From Somniosus microcephalus (lineage: Eukaryota), in NCBI GenBank assembly GCA_052327205.1, contig CM126232.1, forward strand, positions 27,094,001 through 27,158,000: 64,000 nucleotides of DNA. Direction: 5' to 3'. Shown here piece after piece: positions 40,018 through 52,870 of the stretch. Below the pieces are notes generated by a model. The model made no database searches and was not told where the DNA came from. It saw only the letters and a program-made list of their open reading frames with translations. Position numbers and translations under genes: made by a program. Each line of letters starts with the position of its first letter. The stretch's first letter is position 1.

Positions 40018-40710
40018 GGCCCAGTAATTCCGGTCCCAACACGTGGGCCCGTTGGAAGTGCCGGATTTCAGCATGCACGGGAAACCGGCATTTCCTCCAA
40101 CGGGTTCAGAGGTCCAACGCGTGCACGCAGGACTCTGCTCACACGCGTTGAACTTCCTTCTTTTTGACAGTTTGCCCGTGTGTAAGGGCCTGAACTTTTT
40201 AGAAATGTAAAAAGGAGACGTAAGGACTTGATTCTTTAAGGTAAGTGGTCTATTATTTAAAATTAACATTTTTTCCACAGCTTTATTGTTTAAGGACTTT
40301 ACAGTAAGGTAAGTGTATTTTTAAACCGATTTCTTAAAAAATTTGATTAATTGTTTAAAATAGTTTATTAAAGTTATTTATAGTTCATTTAATTAGTGGG
40401 ATGTTTTTTAAAATTTTATTTAAAGTTTGTGTTTTGGGTGCCCGTAGTTTTCATGAGTTTGACAGTTCTTACTATCAAACTCATGAATGAACTTTTCCCT
40501 CCCCTGATTGGCTGCCCAGTGCTCACCTGATCCCAGCCGGCACATCGAACTAACTACGCCGCTGGATCAGGTAAGCACAGCGCGCCGACAGCTGAACCGG
40601 GCCAGTGACAGGAATTCCAAACAGGCCCAGGCTTCAGCTGTCGGCGCGCCGGGTGAGTGCACATCGGGGGCTTGCACACGCGGCAAGCCCCCGAACCTAA
40701 TTTCTGGGCC
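40018..40710. mobile_element. PIF/Harbinger-like non-autonomous element (~690 bp)
   Basis: AAT|GGCCCAGTAATT ... AATTTCTGGGCC|AAT: 12-bp TIR with one mismatch and a 3-bp TSD; GC/CpG-rich ends, AT-rich core. Confidence 0.78.
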
Positions 40711-41394
40711 AATATAAATATCCGAAACCTCAAATTGTTCCTTGAAATGATTCACCAAGTGCACAACCGTGTATTACAGCTTTCCATTCCCTAATCAGGA
40801 AAATTCAGCCATTTCACTGCAGAAGAGAAACAAAATTGTCCGTAAAGCACATAACCAGCCACTTTAAACATCGGAACTTGTTCAAATTTCTCTTCAACCC
40901 CTGAAGGGTTGACTCCTATTGTACACTGGAGGACAGCATGGGGTTCGGTCCAATAGTTTCACTGAAATTAATCTCTGGAACCTCCTCTGTGATGAGATGC
41001 TTAATACGGAGAGAGAGAGCGCGCGAGCAGTTGGCGACAGCTGACCTTGCCAAATGCCTCGCCCGGCACAGAAACACCTCTCCCCTGTCCGTGGCGGTGT
41101 GCGAGAAAAAAAATGCAGTGAGCCAACACGCTTTAATGTTGCTGCATGATTGTTATATGATGCTCTCCATGCGATACCGACAGCAATAACCAACTTGTAA
41201 CCACCAGTTCTACATGCTCTTAGCAAACATAACCCAAGTTAAAAATCTGGATAGTACAGCTGGGGATTTTTACCCCCCCCCTCCCCCCAATTCAGATAAA
41301 CATAGCGGGGAAACATGCCAACCAATCACCATGCTTTGCTGAATTCTCCCAATATTGTTGCATCTCAGCACTCCAATGCAACACAAGCACATAA

Positions 41395-41553
41395 GTAGTT
41401 CCCTCTAAGCTGCGCAGCCATGCAGCAGCTCTCTGCCAGTCCTATGCAGCCCGGGACCGGCTTTTCCAATGTTACATTTCGCACATGAAACTGTGAATGG
41501 GCCACAGCCCCTTAAAGGGGCTGTGCACCCCAAAAAAAATTGAGGGAACCTTG
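41395..41553. mobile_element. hAT-like MITE
   Basis: gttccctctaagctgcgc ... gagggaaccttg; contains ccccttaaagggg as in the 36087 copy. Confidence 0.7.
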
Positions 41554-42109
41554 GTCACAAGAACCCTAACCTTAGAGAATTCATTCTGGGAGTAGGATAT
41601 TTAGCTTGTTAATAGATCAACTATTGCACCAAAGCAAGGTGCTCAGGCTATTTCAATAAGTTACTATTCATCACAACTCTACTGTGTTCCTCGTTCCTAG
41701 AATTCCACGCACACGAAATGCCCAGCTGCACAAAGGGATAATGCAATGCGATACCAATTACAATGCACGACTTTATACCGTACTCTCAAAGCATTCTGTT
41801 CAGTGCTGTACAAGACTACACAGATGAAAGGGTTAATGCCATCTCTTGCGATTTTCTCCCCTATCCTGAAGGCAGTTCTTACAACTCCGATTTGCAATTT
41901 GAACGATACCAAAGGCATCGCAGAAAAGTAGTAATCATCATGCACAGGCCCATGGCTGAGCTGAGGAGAGGAGGATGAATTTCATCCAAACTCCAAAACT
42001 GCATTATAGCCTTAGGTATTCCTCAATCAATTCTCTTGTATAATAAATTGCTAATTTTAATTAATGTTGTAATCTCCTTTTTGAGCACATTTACCAAAGC
42101 AGCTTTATA

Positions 42110-42310
42110 ATGGCAACAACATGCATTTATCTAGTACCTTTATCATAGAAAAAAGGTGCGTCACCAGGAGAATACTCAAGGCAAAAATGGAGATATTAGG
42201 AGGTAATTGAAAGATAAGAGGTAGGTTTTGAGGAGAAAGGTAGAGAGGTCTAGGCAGGGAATGCCAGAGCTTAGAGCCTGAGCAATTGAAGGCAAGGCTG
42301 TCAATGAAGG
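42110..42310 (-). mobile_element. Degraded L2 3' end
   Basis: Reverse frame AFNCSGSKLWHSLPRPL; tail acaacatgcatttat. Confidence 0.7.
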
Positions 42311-43944
42311 GGACGAAGGGAGGTTTTGGGGGGCAGCAGCATATGTGCAAGAGGTCATTGTTGGAACCAACCAACTGAAAACTCTGCATTTAGGATCCTT
42401 TTTAATTACTTTTGTTAAAAACCATATTTAACATTTGCAATTGTTAGAACTCAAGAAAGCAGAGAATCCAATTCAAATGTATTTATGGTCTTTCAAAATG
42501 CAGGTTTGTTACTTGATTTTCAACAAGGACATCAAGCTCTCCTTTTCAATACCCAATGCCAAATATTTGCTCCAGAATCCTGTCCTCTACTACAGTAAGT
42601 TACAAGAATGCAACCATTCCTGCTACACAACACTCTCGTTTCACAAAGCTCAGAACCCAATGACAAGATATCCAATTTATACGAGAGTCATTTGCACGAG
42701 AGAGTTTTCTTTTGTTTGACATTTTTTGAAGTCTGCAGTTACAGCCAAGGATTCAGATGCTGTACATGATTTGGTACTCGACTGCAAAATACACAGATCA
42801 AACCTATCCTCCTCACTGTTCTCCCCCTTACCCCTGTTCTCCTGAAGGCAGTGATCCATGCGACAATATAGCCAAAACACGATGGAAGCTGTCAGCACTC
42901 CACCCAGAGACCAGGAGTGCCCAAGCATTTCTGTCTTCACGAGCAATTCAGGTGCATACCATGAGAGCCACATCAGGCACATAAAATGTAAATCAATGCC
43001 CCTATAAATTCGCACGCGCCTTAAGCTGCTCAGTCAAACAGAGCTTGATTTATTTACCAACGAGGCAACACCAAGAACAGCCCTTTGCAAACCTCCAGGT
43101 TCTCAAGTAAAACAGGACAAACCAACAGGTATGCGCAAATAGGAATGGCCTTTGTGGGCCCCAGAACTAATGACTCACGAGACCAGACAACGTCAATGGG
43201 TTGGTCAGTCAGTAGGAGCTTCAGAGCCCAGTCTGATCCTAGGCTCACCACCAACATGAATCAACAGATGTTAATCCTCAGGAGCAGGGCACAATACTGG
43301 TGTCCCCTTCCCCAAGAGTCAGGCCAACTGCCATGCCCCAATGACACCCCAGAGAGTTGGTTACGTCGCACAGTTCCCAGACTGAGCCCTGGGGCCTTCA
43401 GAGTTTGGTTCACTAGCAGACCCCTCAGTACAGTTAGCTTACCTGCCGCTAGAATAGCCAATTCCTTTGGTACAAAGTCTGGCTTTTTTTTTAATGCAAG
43501 GTCCTAAACATTTACAGCATGCAAGACTACATGCAGTATAATGCAAACGACCACTGCAGCAAGCATGTTGATATTATGCAATCCCTCTTGACCGGGGCAT
43601 TTACAAACTGAGGTGCACCTCATTAAAAAAAAAAATACAAGTACCTGTACCAGTCTGCAGCCTTTAGTGGTTATGCCACAGAACTAGCAATTCAGAAGTC
43701 ACGAGTACAAACTCCCAACACAGGAAGATGTGAAACAGAATTCAAGAAATGTGGTAATCTGGTCATTTGTGGGATAGCAACTTAGGAGGAAATAGTGACT
43801 TGCAAGCTGCCAGACCATTGTAAAAACCCAACTGCTTCAGTAATGGCCTTCCCCAGCCTGACCAGTATAGTTCACACTTCGCACATCAAATTTAACATCA
43901 GCACTAAACCAGCAGCAGTTGTACTTGCAGTTCTAAAGCAGGGC

Positions 43945-44290
43945 ATATAGAACAGTACAGCACAGCAGGAGGCCATTCGGCCCATCGAGTCTGCACCAGC
44001 TCTTTCGAAGAGCAATCCAGTTAGTCCCACTCCTCCGCTCTTCCCCACATCCCTGCAATGGTTTCTCCTTCAAGTATTTATCTAATTCCCTTTTGAAGGC
44101 GACTATTGAATCTGTATCCACCGCCCGATCAGGCAGCGCGTTCCAAATCCGAGCCACTCGTTGCATAAAAAAGTTTCATGTTTGCCAATCACCTTAAATC
44201 TGTGCCCTCTAGTTATCGACCCTTCGGCCATTGGAAACAGTTTCTCTTTATTTACTCTATCCTAAACCCTTCATGATTTTAGACACCATC
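43945..44290 (-). mobile_element. CR1 LINE 3' fragment
   Basis: MQRVARIWNALPDRAVDTDSIVAFKRELDKYL. Confidence 0.88.
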
Positions 44291-44684
44291 ATCTCATTTA
44301 AAGCATCGCACAACAGAAACCAAGTTACTGATTTCAGAAAAAAATTACATTACAGGTTTAGCATTGTGTGGCACATAAGATAACAGGGCATTTGAAATCC
44401 CGTTCTCCAGACGTCAGCGTGTCATAGTAACAGCCCGCCTTATTCAGACACATTAGTGGAGGCGGGGGAAATCGCTGGTCAGTTGTCAGAATATCAAAAG
44501 TTAACTCCAATCTCAGTCTGCCCCACTTAAATCGATCAGAACGGTGCGGTATGAAATTCACAACTCACTAGTCTGATAGTGACATTTAAACATCATTTCC
44601 TCTAGTCCAAGTAGATTTTATACCAGGCACTCTGCTCCAAATAGGTTCTGTACTGGGGGGGGGGGGGGGGGGGGGGGGGAAGAA

Positions 44685-45122
44685 GAGACTTGCATTTCTA
44701 TAGCACCTTTCACAGCCACTGGACATCCAAAAGCACTTTACAGCCAATGAAGTACTTTTTGAAGTGGAGTCGCTGTTGTAATGTAGGAAACACGCACAGC
44801 AAGCTCCCACAAACAGCAATGTGATAATGACCAGATAATCTGTTTTAGTGATGTTGATGGAGGGATAAATATTGGCCCAGGAATCTGGTGACACCCTGCT
44901 CTTCAAAATAGTTTTCATAGGATCTTTTACATCCACCAGAGAGCGCTGACAGGGCCTCAGTTTAACGTCTCATCCGAAAGACAGCACCTCCAACAGTGCG
45001 GCACTCCCTCAGCACTGCACTGGGAGGGTCAGCCTAGATTTGTGTGCTCAAGTCTCTGGAGTGGGACTTGAACCCACAACCTTCTGAGGCGTGGGCGCGA
45101 CCCACTGAGCCACAGCTGACAC
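44685..45122 (-). mobile_element. DeuSINE (SacSINE1-like), near full length
   Basis: Reverse strand shows head gtcagctgtggctcagtggg, B box ggttcaagtccc, Deu domain and L2-like tail. Confidence 0.88.
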
Positions 45123-45689
45123 TGTACAACACTATTGATTATAAACATACTCCCCTGATTCTGTTCCTCTAAAGAGACAGTAAATTAGTTAGGGGAGGGG
45201 GCAAGTGGAAGAAGCACAGGAGGGAAGGCATATATCTAAACGGCAAGAGGAAACCGTGTAGGTTACTCAGTAGTGTACATGACATGAAATTCAGTTCCTT
45301 GCCAGAGGATCTGCAGCTGTGTGATTTGCTTAGTTCAAAGCCAGTGGAACAATGGCAGGCTCTAATCTAACTCATTGCTATTTCCCCAGTCGCATAGCTC
45401 ACCAGTAACTCACTAGTGAAGGGGTGAGTCAGAGGGGAGGGGTCACAGAAACCTGCAAAAAGACCGAAACTTCCTGAACTATTCATGCCCCAGCTGCAAA
45501 ATATTCCCTGGGGTAAAATTTAGTAAAATAAGCCACCATCATTAAACCCACTCAGAACAAGCTTATAGGTTGAGAAATACTGATCAAACAAGTCAGTCGT
45601 GAGTATGTTCAAGTTGCTATGGCATCAAAGAGTGGGAAACTGTCCAGTGCATGATATTTAACCAATTCTTCCTCCATGAATAAGATATA

Positions 45690-46056
45690 AAACAACATCT
45701 TGCATTTATACAGCGCCTTTAACATATTAAAACATCCCAAGGCGCTTCACATAAAACTTGACACCAAGTCACATAATAGGGCAGGGGTCAAAGAGGTAGG
45801 TTTTAAGAAGTGTCTTGAAGTAGGAGAGGTAGAGAGACGGAGAGTTTTAGGGAGGGAATTCCAGAGCCTGGGGCCTCATTAGCTGAAGGCACGGCCGTCA
45901 ACGGTGGAGCGATTAATATTGGGGATGCTCAAGAGGCCAGGATTGGGAAGAGCGCAGATATCTCGGGGGGGTTGTAGGGCTGGAGGAGGTTAGAGAGATA
46001 GGGAGGGGCAAGGCATTGGTTGGGATGAGAATTTTAAAATTGAAGCATTGCTTACC
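45690..46056 (-). mobile_element. L2 LINE 3' fragment
   Basis: Homologous to 24298-24747. Confidence 0.85.
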
Positions 46057-46499
46057 CATTAAATACAGTGAAATTAAAGTTACTGCAAAGAACAGATTGT
46101 TCAGAAGTTAAAGAGATCAGGTTTTGGCTTCCAAAGGTAGAGGTACATCCCAATGCACTGAATCACACAGGAGACTAGTTCAATGCCTGGTCAATGCCAA
46201 GTTAGTCGACCTCAGATGATCAGTGGGGTGGGTATTACAGTTCTACAACAGAGCTGAGGACCGGGGGGGGGGGCGGGGAGAAAGAGAGAGAAAGGTTCCT
46301 GCTCCCAACCTTAAATGACCTTTGCTAAAAGCCCACAGGGACCATGGGAGCAAGTATAAGAAAACTGCAAATGTCACTCCATTATAAAGGAGGGAGGAAC
46401 CACATAACTTATCCTGCAGTTTAGACATTGTGAGGAAGTTACAGGAATCCGTAAGACAGTGACCGAGAACTTGGACAAGTATTAGCTGATGAGAGTCAG

Positions 46500-47590
46500 C
46501 AAGGAGAGCTCATCAAATTGTTTTTTGGGGGTGGTTACTGGCATGGTGGGTAAGGGAGTGTCTGTGGATGTTATCTATATGGACTTTCAGTAAGGATCTG
46601 GTTTCTACACAAGAGATTATGAGCAAAGGTGAGAGCACATGGAATTGGAGGTAATCTTGTGACATGGGTAGGAGACAGGGTAAGGATAAAGGGTTTGTTC
46701 TGAGTGGCGGGCCACGACAATGGTTTTGCCCCTGGGAGCTATACTGGGCCCTCAGCTTTTCACCATATATACTGCTGGCTTGGATGAAGGAAGAGAGAGT
46801 TGGATATCCAAGCCTGCAAGTAACACTGTTAGGAAGTACAGCAAGTTGTGTAGATGGAAGCAGGAGGTTGCAAAGGGACATAGACAGATTAAATGAATGG
46901 GCAGATGGAGTCCAATGTAGGGCAGTGTAAGCATTTTGGATCGGACAAGCAAACAAACCAGACTATTTTCATTATGGGGAGAAACTAGAAGCTGTGGAAA
47001 AGCAAAAGGGTTTAAGTTTCCACATACACAAACCTCAAAGCTGGTGCATGGGTACAAAAAGCAATCAAAAAGGCTAACGGAACGTTGGCCTTCATCTCCA
47101 GGGGGTTGGAACTCAAAAGTGAGGAAGTGACTCTTCAGCTGTAGAGCCTTGGTCAGACCGCATCGAGAGTACTGCATTCAGTTTTGATGCATCAAACCAC
47201 AGAAAAGATAGACTGGCTGAGAAGGTTTATAGCACAGATCTGTCAGAATGATACCAGGGCTTCAAGAGTTAAATTACAAGGACAGATAGCATAAACTTGG
47301 TTTGTATTCCCTTCAGTTTAGAAGACTGAACGTGATCTGATCGAGGTCTTAAAATGATAGGGTAGACAGAGAAACTATTGGCTCTGGTGAAGAAACCCAG
47401 AGCAGGAGGGCGTAATCATAAAATTAGAGCTAGGCCACTCGGGAATGAAATCAGGAAGCACTTTTCACACAAAAGGCGATGGAAATCAGGATCCCCCTCC
47501 TCCAAAAGGCTGCTGGATAGGCTGAGGGTGCTGGGACAATTGAAATTTTTAAGACCAAGATGAATGAGTTTTGTTGGGCAAGGGTATAAA
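46500..47590 (+). mobile_element. Decayed CR1 LINE including part of the reverse transcriptase domain
   Basis: VDVIYMDFQ...KRL.SKVRAHGIGG, RRLQRDIDRLNEWA, LYRALVRPH.EYCIQF; many frameshifts. Confidence 0.85.
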
Positions 47591-48051
47591 TCACAGCTAT
47601 CAGTGCAGCGTAGCACTTTTCCAAACCGGAGGGGTTTTTGTGGGGGGGGGGGGGAAAGAGGGGGGAGGGAGGGAGGGAAAGAGAGGGGGGGGGAAAAGAG
47701 AGAAAGAGTGGAGGGGCGAGAAGGGGAGGGAGGGAGAGACCCCTGAAGATAAGAAAAGGGTCCATGGGTATATGTCTATTAACTTATAAAAGGGCAGCGT
47801 TAGCTACCTAAGCGAAAGCACCTATCTGCATCTTTCTAGCTATGTAATAGGATCAACATCCCAGTAAAACAAATGTACTAATGTGACGACAAATGTAATG
47901 ACTTGCAGATCTCCTGGGCTCACCGAGCAAATCCCAGCTAGGAAAAAAAAATGGACGCTTGCTCCCAAGCCATAACCGGAAGTGCGTACGCATGCATCAG
48001 TCCGAGCAGAATTTGCTGCAGAAATCCGGTGATCAAAAGGGGGCACACGAC

Positions 48052-48191
48052 CAATGTTCCCTCTAAGTCTCCCCTGTGCACAGCCCCTTTAACGGGCTGC
48101 GCGGGCTATTCAAATTTTCGTGCATGCGTGGTTTCCTCCTGTGAGCCGCCAGCGCTGGACCTCCAGACCGTGCAGCTTAGCGGGAACGTTG
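48052..48191. mobile_element. hAT-like MITE
   Basis: CAATGTTCCCTCTAAG ... CTTAGCGGGAACGTTG; flanks CACACGAC and TACACAAC match 6/8. Confidence 0.78.
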
Positions 48192-48249
48192 TACACAACC
48201 ATCCGGCTTTCTGCGCCAAGTCTTTTCCACGTGTGACAGACGGAAAATA

Positions 48250-48405
48250 ACTTATTCATACAGCGCCTTGAACATAGTAAGACGTCCCAAGGCGCTTCAC
48301 AGGAGTGTTACCAAACAAAATTTCACACCTAGCCACGTACGAAGGTAGGGCAGATGACCAAAAGCTTGGTCAAAGGTTTTAAGGAGCATCTTAAAAAGGA
48401 GGAAG
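48250..48405 (-). mobile_element. L2 3' end fragment
   Basis: Homologous to 24305-24480. Confidence 0.75.
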
Positions 48406-49744
48406 TCAAAAAGGCAGAACAAATGCAGCCGAAATAAGGAGCGAAAGTCATTCAGAAAGAAAACAAATCACGCCCAAAGCATAGGGACAGGCGTTCCTTT
48501 TGAGAGTACATTAATAGTAGGGAGTTTGACTGTACAGTTTGGCAGAGTCCAAACGTCTGAAGGTCACTCCACATCTGGCAGAGTTAGATTTTCTAGGGTC
48601 TGTTCCTCCTCCGTTGCGTGTCCCACGATACAACAGGAAATACAAGATTGATCTCGGTCTAAATTTGGAACAGCCTTTTTTTTTTTAAAGTACTGAGGGG
48701 CTCGCCTTAAGTCGTCATCTTGCTTCGTAACAGGGCAGGTATAGGCCACAAACAGCCAGTCATCAGAAAGTTAAAACTAGCCTGCAGCACAATAGGACTC
48801 CCAGCAACTTTCCTCAGCTCTCAGACTCAGTTTAACAAGACACCATCTCACTTAAATCTGGGAGGCTTGTTGTGCCTGAAAGGTGAAAGCACCCCCCCCG
48901 CCCCCTGTTGATATTGCAGCAAATTGGTCCATGAAAACTACATTAAACAGAGTGGAGTACATAGACCCCTCCATGTAGAGGCTTTCCTTTGGAGATGCAT
49001 TAATAGTGGGGAGTTCGACTGTCGTTTGGAAGGGTCCAAACCTCCGCGAAGGTCCCACCACAACTGACGCCATTAGATTTTTCAACCATGCAAGGCTCCC
49101 CAACCATAAAAGGACCCCTGCACTACAGCAACCAGTCTCCGGGGCTCACAAGAACAGAATGATGCTAAACACAACGTAAAACAGTACTTAATAAAAAATG
49201 CTGATCAACACCTTTACTAGCACGACAATGCTTGCAGTCTAGGCTCGCTCAAAAAGAGAGGTACCCAGCATTGGGTAAGAAGTTCCAATGGAGCGCCGAA
49301 AGAGCAGAGTCAAAGTAGCACTAAAGTAGAGGGAATATTGGTTGTGCCCCCTTTTGATCACTGGATTTCTGCAACAAATTCTGCTCGGACTGATGCATGC
49401 GTACACACTTCCGGTTATGGCTTGGGAGCACGCGTCCATTTTTTTTTTCAAGCTGGGATTTGCTCAGTGAGCCCAGGAGATCTGCAAGGTCATTACATTA
49501 GTCGTCACATTACTACATTTGTTTTACTGCTCTTCTGCCAGAGGTATTTAAAACAAGGCGGAATTTCTCAAGAATCTCCAACATTGGCAGCAACAGAGTA
49601 CCAAAGCGAGAGATGTCGGGTTCAAGCACCAGTGGAACTGTACCCTGCGCTGGTCGCCACCTTCACGAGCAGGTACAAGAGCGAGGGGACAAAACTGGAA
49701 AGTTACAGAAGAACGCAGCAAATAACATAGTAGTGAGGTATAGC

Positions 49745-50336
49745 TTGTGCTCCATGCCTTTGTTGCCTCTAGACTTTATTATTCCAACGCACTCCTGGCT
49801 GGCGTCCCACATTCCACCCTACGTAAACTCGAGGTCATCCAAAACTCGGCTGCCCGTGACCTAACTCGCACCAAGTCCCGTTCGCCCAATCACACCCTGT
49901 GCTCACTGACCTACAATGGCTCCCGGTTAAGCAGCGCCTCGATTTCAAAATTCTCATCCTCGTTTTCAAATCCCTCCATGGCCTCGCCCCCTCCCTATCT
50001 CTAACCTCCTCCAGCCCCACAAACCCCCCTGAGATATCTGCGCTCCTCTAATTCTGCCCTCTTGAGCATCCCTGATAATAATCGCTCAACCATTGGTGGC
50101 CGTGCCTTCTGTTGCCTCGGCCCTAAGCTCTGGAATTCCCTGCCTAAACCTCGGCCTCGCTACCTCTTTCCTCCTTTAGAAGACGTTCCTTAAAACCTAC
50201 CTCTGACCAAACCTTTGGTCACCTGCCCTAATTTATCCTTGTGGATCGGTGTCAAATTTTTTTGTCTTAAAATACTCCTGTGCAGCACCTTGGGACGTTT
50301 TACTACATTAAAGGCACTATATAAACACAAGTTGTT
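49745..50336 (+). mobile_element. L2 LINE 3' fragment
   Basis: LHAFVASRLYYSNALLAGVPHSTLRKLEVIQNSAARDLTRTK; L2 tail gcactatataaacacaagttgtt. Confidence 0.92.
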
Positions 50337-51266
50337 AAGATTGCATGGCAATGAATAACAGCACCTTCACAGGTGTGAAAGAATTATTACTCTGAGCACG
50401 AAAGGCAGGAGCGAGTTATGATAGTTCCTAACTTGGGAGCAAAACACACCTGGACTTCACTTCTATTGGTTCTAGATTCCGATTTCCCCCTCCCTCCAGG
50501 AATCCAGCTCCCACTGGAGCCCAAACACATCCTTTGGCTGAATCCCACAGGAGACCATTGTCTTAAACTTCACATGTGCAAACCACTACTTTTTGATCTA
50601 CAAGACATGTGAAATTATCAGTCTCGAAGAGTGAAGTGATCAATCACAGCCAGGGATTACGGCAAGACACTTGGAACAAAAGCTTAAAATGTTCGTTCAA
50701 ACACAGCTTTGGTTCAAGGCTGCATTAACATCCCCGACTGTGCTGTCCCCAAGCCCAATGGTCACTTCCTTTAGCTCTTTAGAAAGGGGGGGGGGAAATA
50801 GCTTTGAAGTTGTAGTGGAAAACAGATCCAAAACCTTTCGTGAGAAAAAAAAAGCTGCTCGCAATCCTAGGACAAAGCATGTTATTTAGCCAATACACAG
50901 CAGCCTAAAGAATGAAGGCAATTAAAACAATTTAAACCAGTGAAATGCAGCATTTAGCATCTTGGAAACGTCCCATTTCCCACCCATGGTTTCTTTATAT
51001 GTATAAAAATAAAACATTTACTAGTGTGATTGCACTTTTCCTGTGCCAATTGCTGATTGGACATTCCATTTTTAGCAAACAGGAACTGCAGGAGCCATGA
51101 GTAATTGCGCTGTTTCCTGGACAAATCTTTCTCTCGAGCTCAACCTCTTCCTGCGCTACAACTCCCTCCTTCCCAGAACTGTGCTTTCCTGACTTTGGCC
51201 TCTGAAGCACACACTGCACCACCCCCACACCACTTCCCACTGACGACCGTGCCTCCAGTCGTCATC

Positions 51267-51600
51267 GAATCATAGAATGATTACAGCACAGAAGGAGGCC
51301 ATTCGGCCCGTCGAGCCCGTGCCGGCTCTCTGCAAGAGCACTTCAGCCAGTCCCACACCCCCGCCCTTTCCCCGTAGCCCTGCACATTTTTTTCCCCTTC
51401 AGGTTTATCCAATTCCCTTTTGAAAGCCACAATGGAGTCTGCCTCCACCTCCCTTTCAGGCAGTGCATTCCAGATCCTAACCACTCGCTGCATAAAAAAG
51501 TTTTTCCTCATGGCGCCTTTGGTTCTCTTGCCAATCTGTCTCCTCTGGTTCTCGACCCTTCTGCCAATGGGAACTCTCTCTCTATCCAGACCCCTCATGA
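51267..51600 (-). mobile_element. CR1 LINE 3' fragment
   Basis: RKNFFMQRVVRIWNALPEREVEADSIVAFKRELDK. Confidence 0.88.
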
Positions 51601-51748
51601 GAAGGCCTACACTCCATAAATACGTTCGGTAAACCTCTCCACTTCCCTCATCTCCTTTAAAACCCACCTCTTCGACCAAGCTTTTCGGTCACCACTCCCA
51701 ATATCCCCTTCTTTGGCTTGGAATTACACCGCTAAAGTGCATTGGGAC

Positions 51749-52336
51749 CAACGCTCCCTTTAAGCCACGTGGCCGCACAGCACTCCAGGGATCCCACGCA
51801 GCAGGATTTTCAATGTAAAAACTGCACATAGAAACAGAAGATAGGAGCAGGAGTCGGCCATTCGGCCCCTCGAGCCTGCTCCGCCATTCAATATCATGGC
51901 TGATCTTCCAAATTCAGTACCCTGTCCCTGCCTTCTCCCCATATCCCTTGAGCCCTAAGAAATATATCTAACTCCTTCCTGAATATATTTAATGAATTGG
52001 CCTCAACTGTCTGTGGTAGAGAATTCCACAGGTTCACCACTCTCTGGGTGAAGAAATTCCTCCTCATCTCGGTCCTAAATGGCTTACCCCTTATCCTTAG
52101 GCTGTGACCCCTGGTGCTGGACTCCCCCGCCATCAGGAACATCCTTCCTGCATCTAGTCTGTCCAGTCCTGTTAGAATTTTATAAGTTTCAATGAGATCC
52201 CCTCATTCTTCTAAACTCCAGCAAGTATAAGCACAATCGACCCAATCTCTCCTCATAAGTCATCCCTGCCATCCCAGGTATCATGCACGGTATTTTGAAT
52301 GGCCTGTGCGGCACCAAAAGAAATTAGAGGGGATAT
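51749..52336. mobile_element. hAT-like MITE interrupted by a CR1 fragment (51827-52281, minus strand), itself within an L2 tail (51615-51748 and 52338-52374)
   Basis: Halves 51749-51826 and 52282-52336 join into the family consensus; CR1 ORF at 51894-52142(-). Confidence 0.75.
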
Positions 52337-52669
52337 CTTTCTACGTTAAAGGGGCTATATAAATGCAAGTTGTTTTATTCAATGAACAATCGTAATTAAA
52401 ATTGTGGCAATAAACCCCAGCTAAAAAGGAACTGCCTGACAGCTAAAACTGCTTGAAAAAATTGTGCAACTTGTAATAAAAAAGGGGATTGATGCTTTTT
52501 TTTTTTAATGTAAAGTTACATCTAAAGTCCTAATTGCAGACTGATATCAACAGTTGTCAAGTTTCAAACACAAACGCACTATTTCTGCTCCTCACAGGCA
52601 TCAGACCAATTAAGTGCCAGGTACTCTGCAGGACTGGGTGAGCATTTACAACTTCAATATCAGCTTGGT

Positions 52670-52870
52670 CTAGTTCGCAATGGTTCAAGCTCCACTCGGG
52701 TACTCGAGCACAAGATCTAGGCTGGCACTGCAGTGCTGAGGGAACACTGCACTGTCAGAGGTACCATAAACTAAAGGACTCAGCTGCCATCTCGGGCACC
52801 CGTAAAAGACCCCATCCCTCAACCACCACCAAAACATTCATCTAAATTGCTGTTCACTCGCAGATTTTGC
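52670..52870 (+). mobile_element. DeuSINE fragment (tail likely resumes ~53675-53780)
   Basis: ggttcaagctccactc...ctgcactgtcagaggt...cgtaaaagaccc. Confidence 0.65.

Larger units (their letters stand above)
47862..49529. repeat. Long inverted repeat: arms 47862-48065 and 49327-49529
   Basis: ~200-bp arms are reverse complements with scattered substitutions; the ORF track shows MDACSQAITGS.YACISPSRICCRNPVIKRGH on both strands. Confidence 0.95.

Noticed and set aside
47951-49451. Duplicated small ORF MDACSQAITGS... as a micro-gene pair
   Set aside because: Similarity simply follows from the DNA inverted duplication; no splice or coding signature.
47862-49529. Whole inverted-repeat unit as a pogo/Tigger transposon (ends CAGTAAAAC)
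   Set aside because: No TA or other TSD at the outer ends and no transposase remnant; kept as an unexplained inverted duplication.
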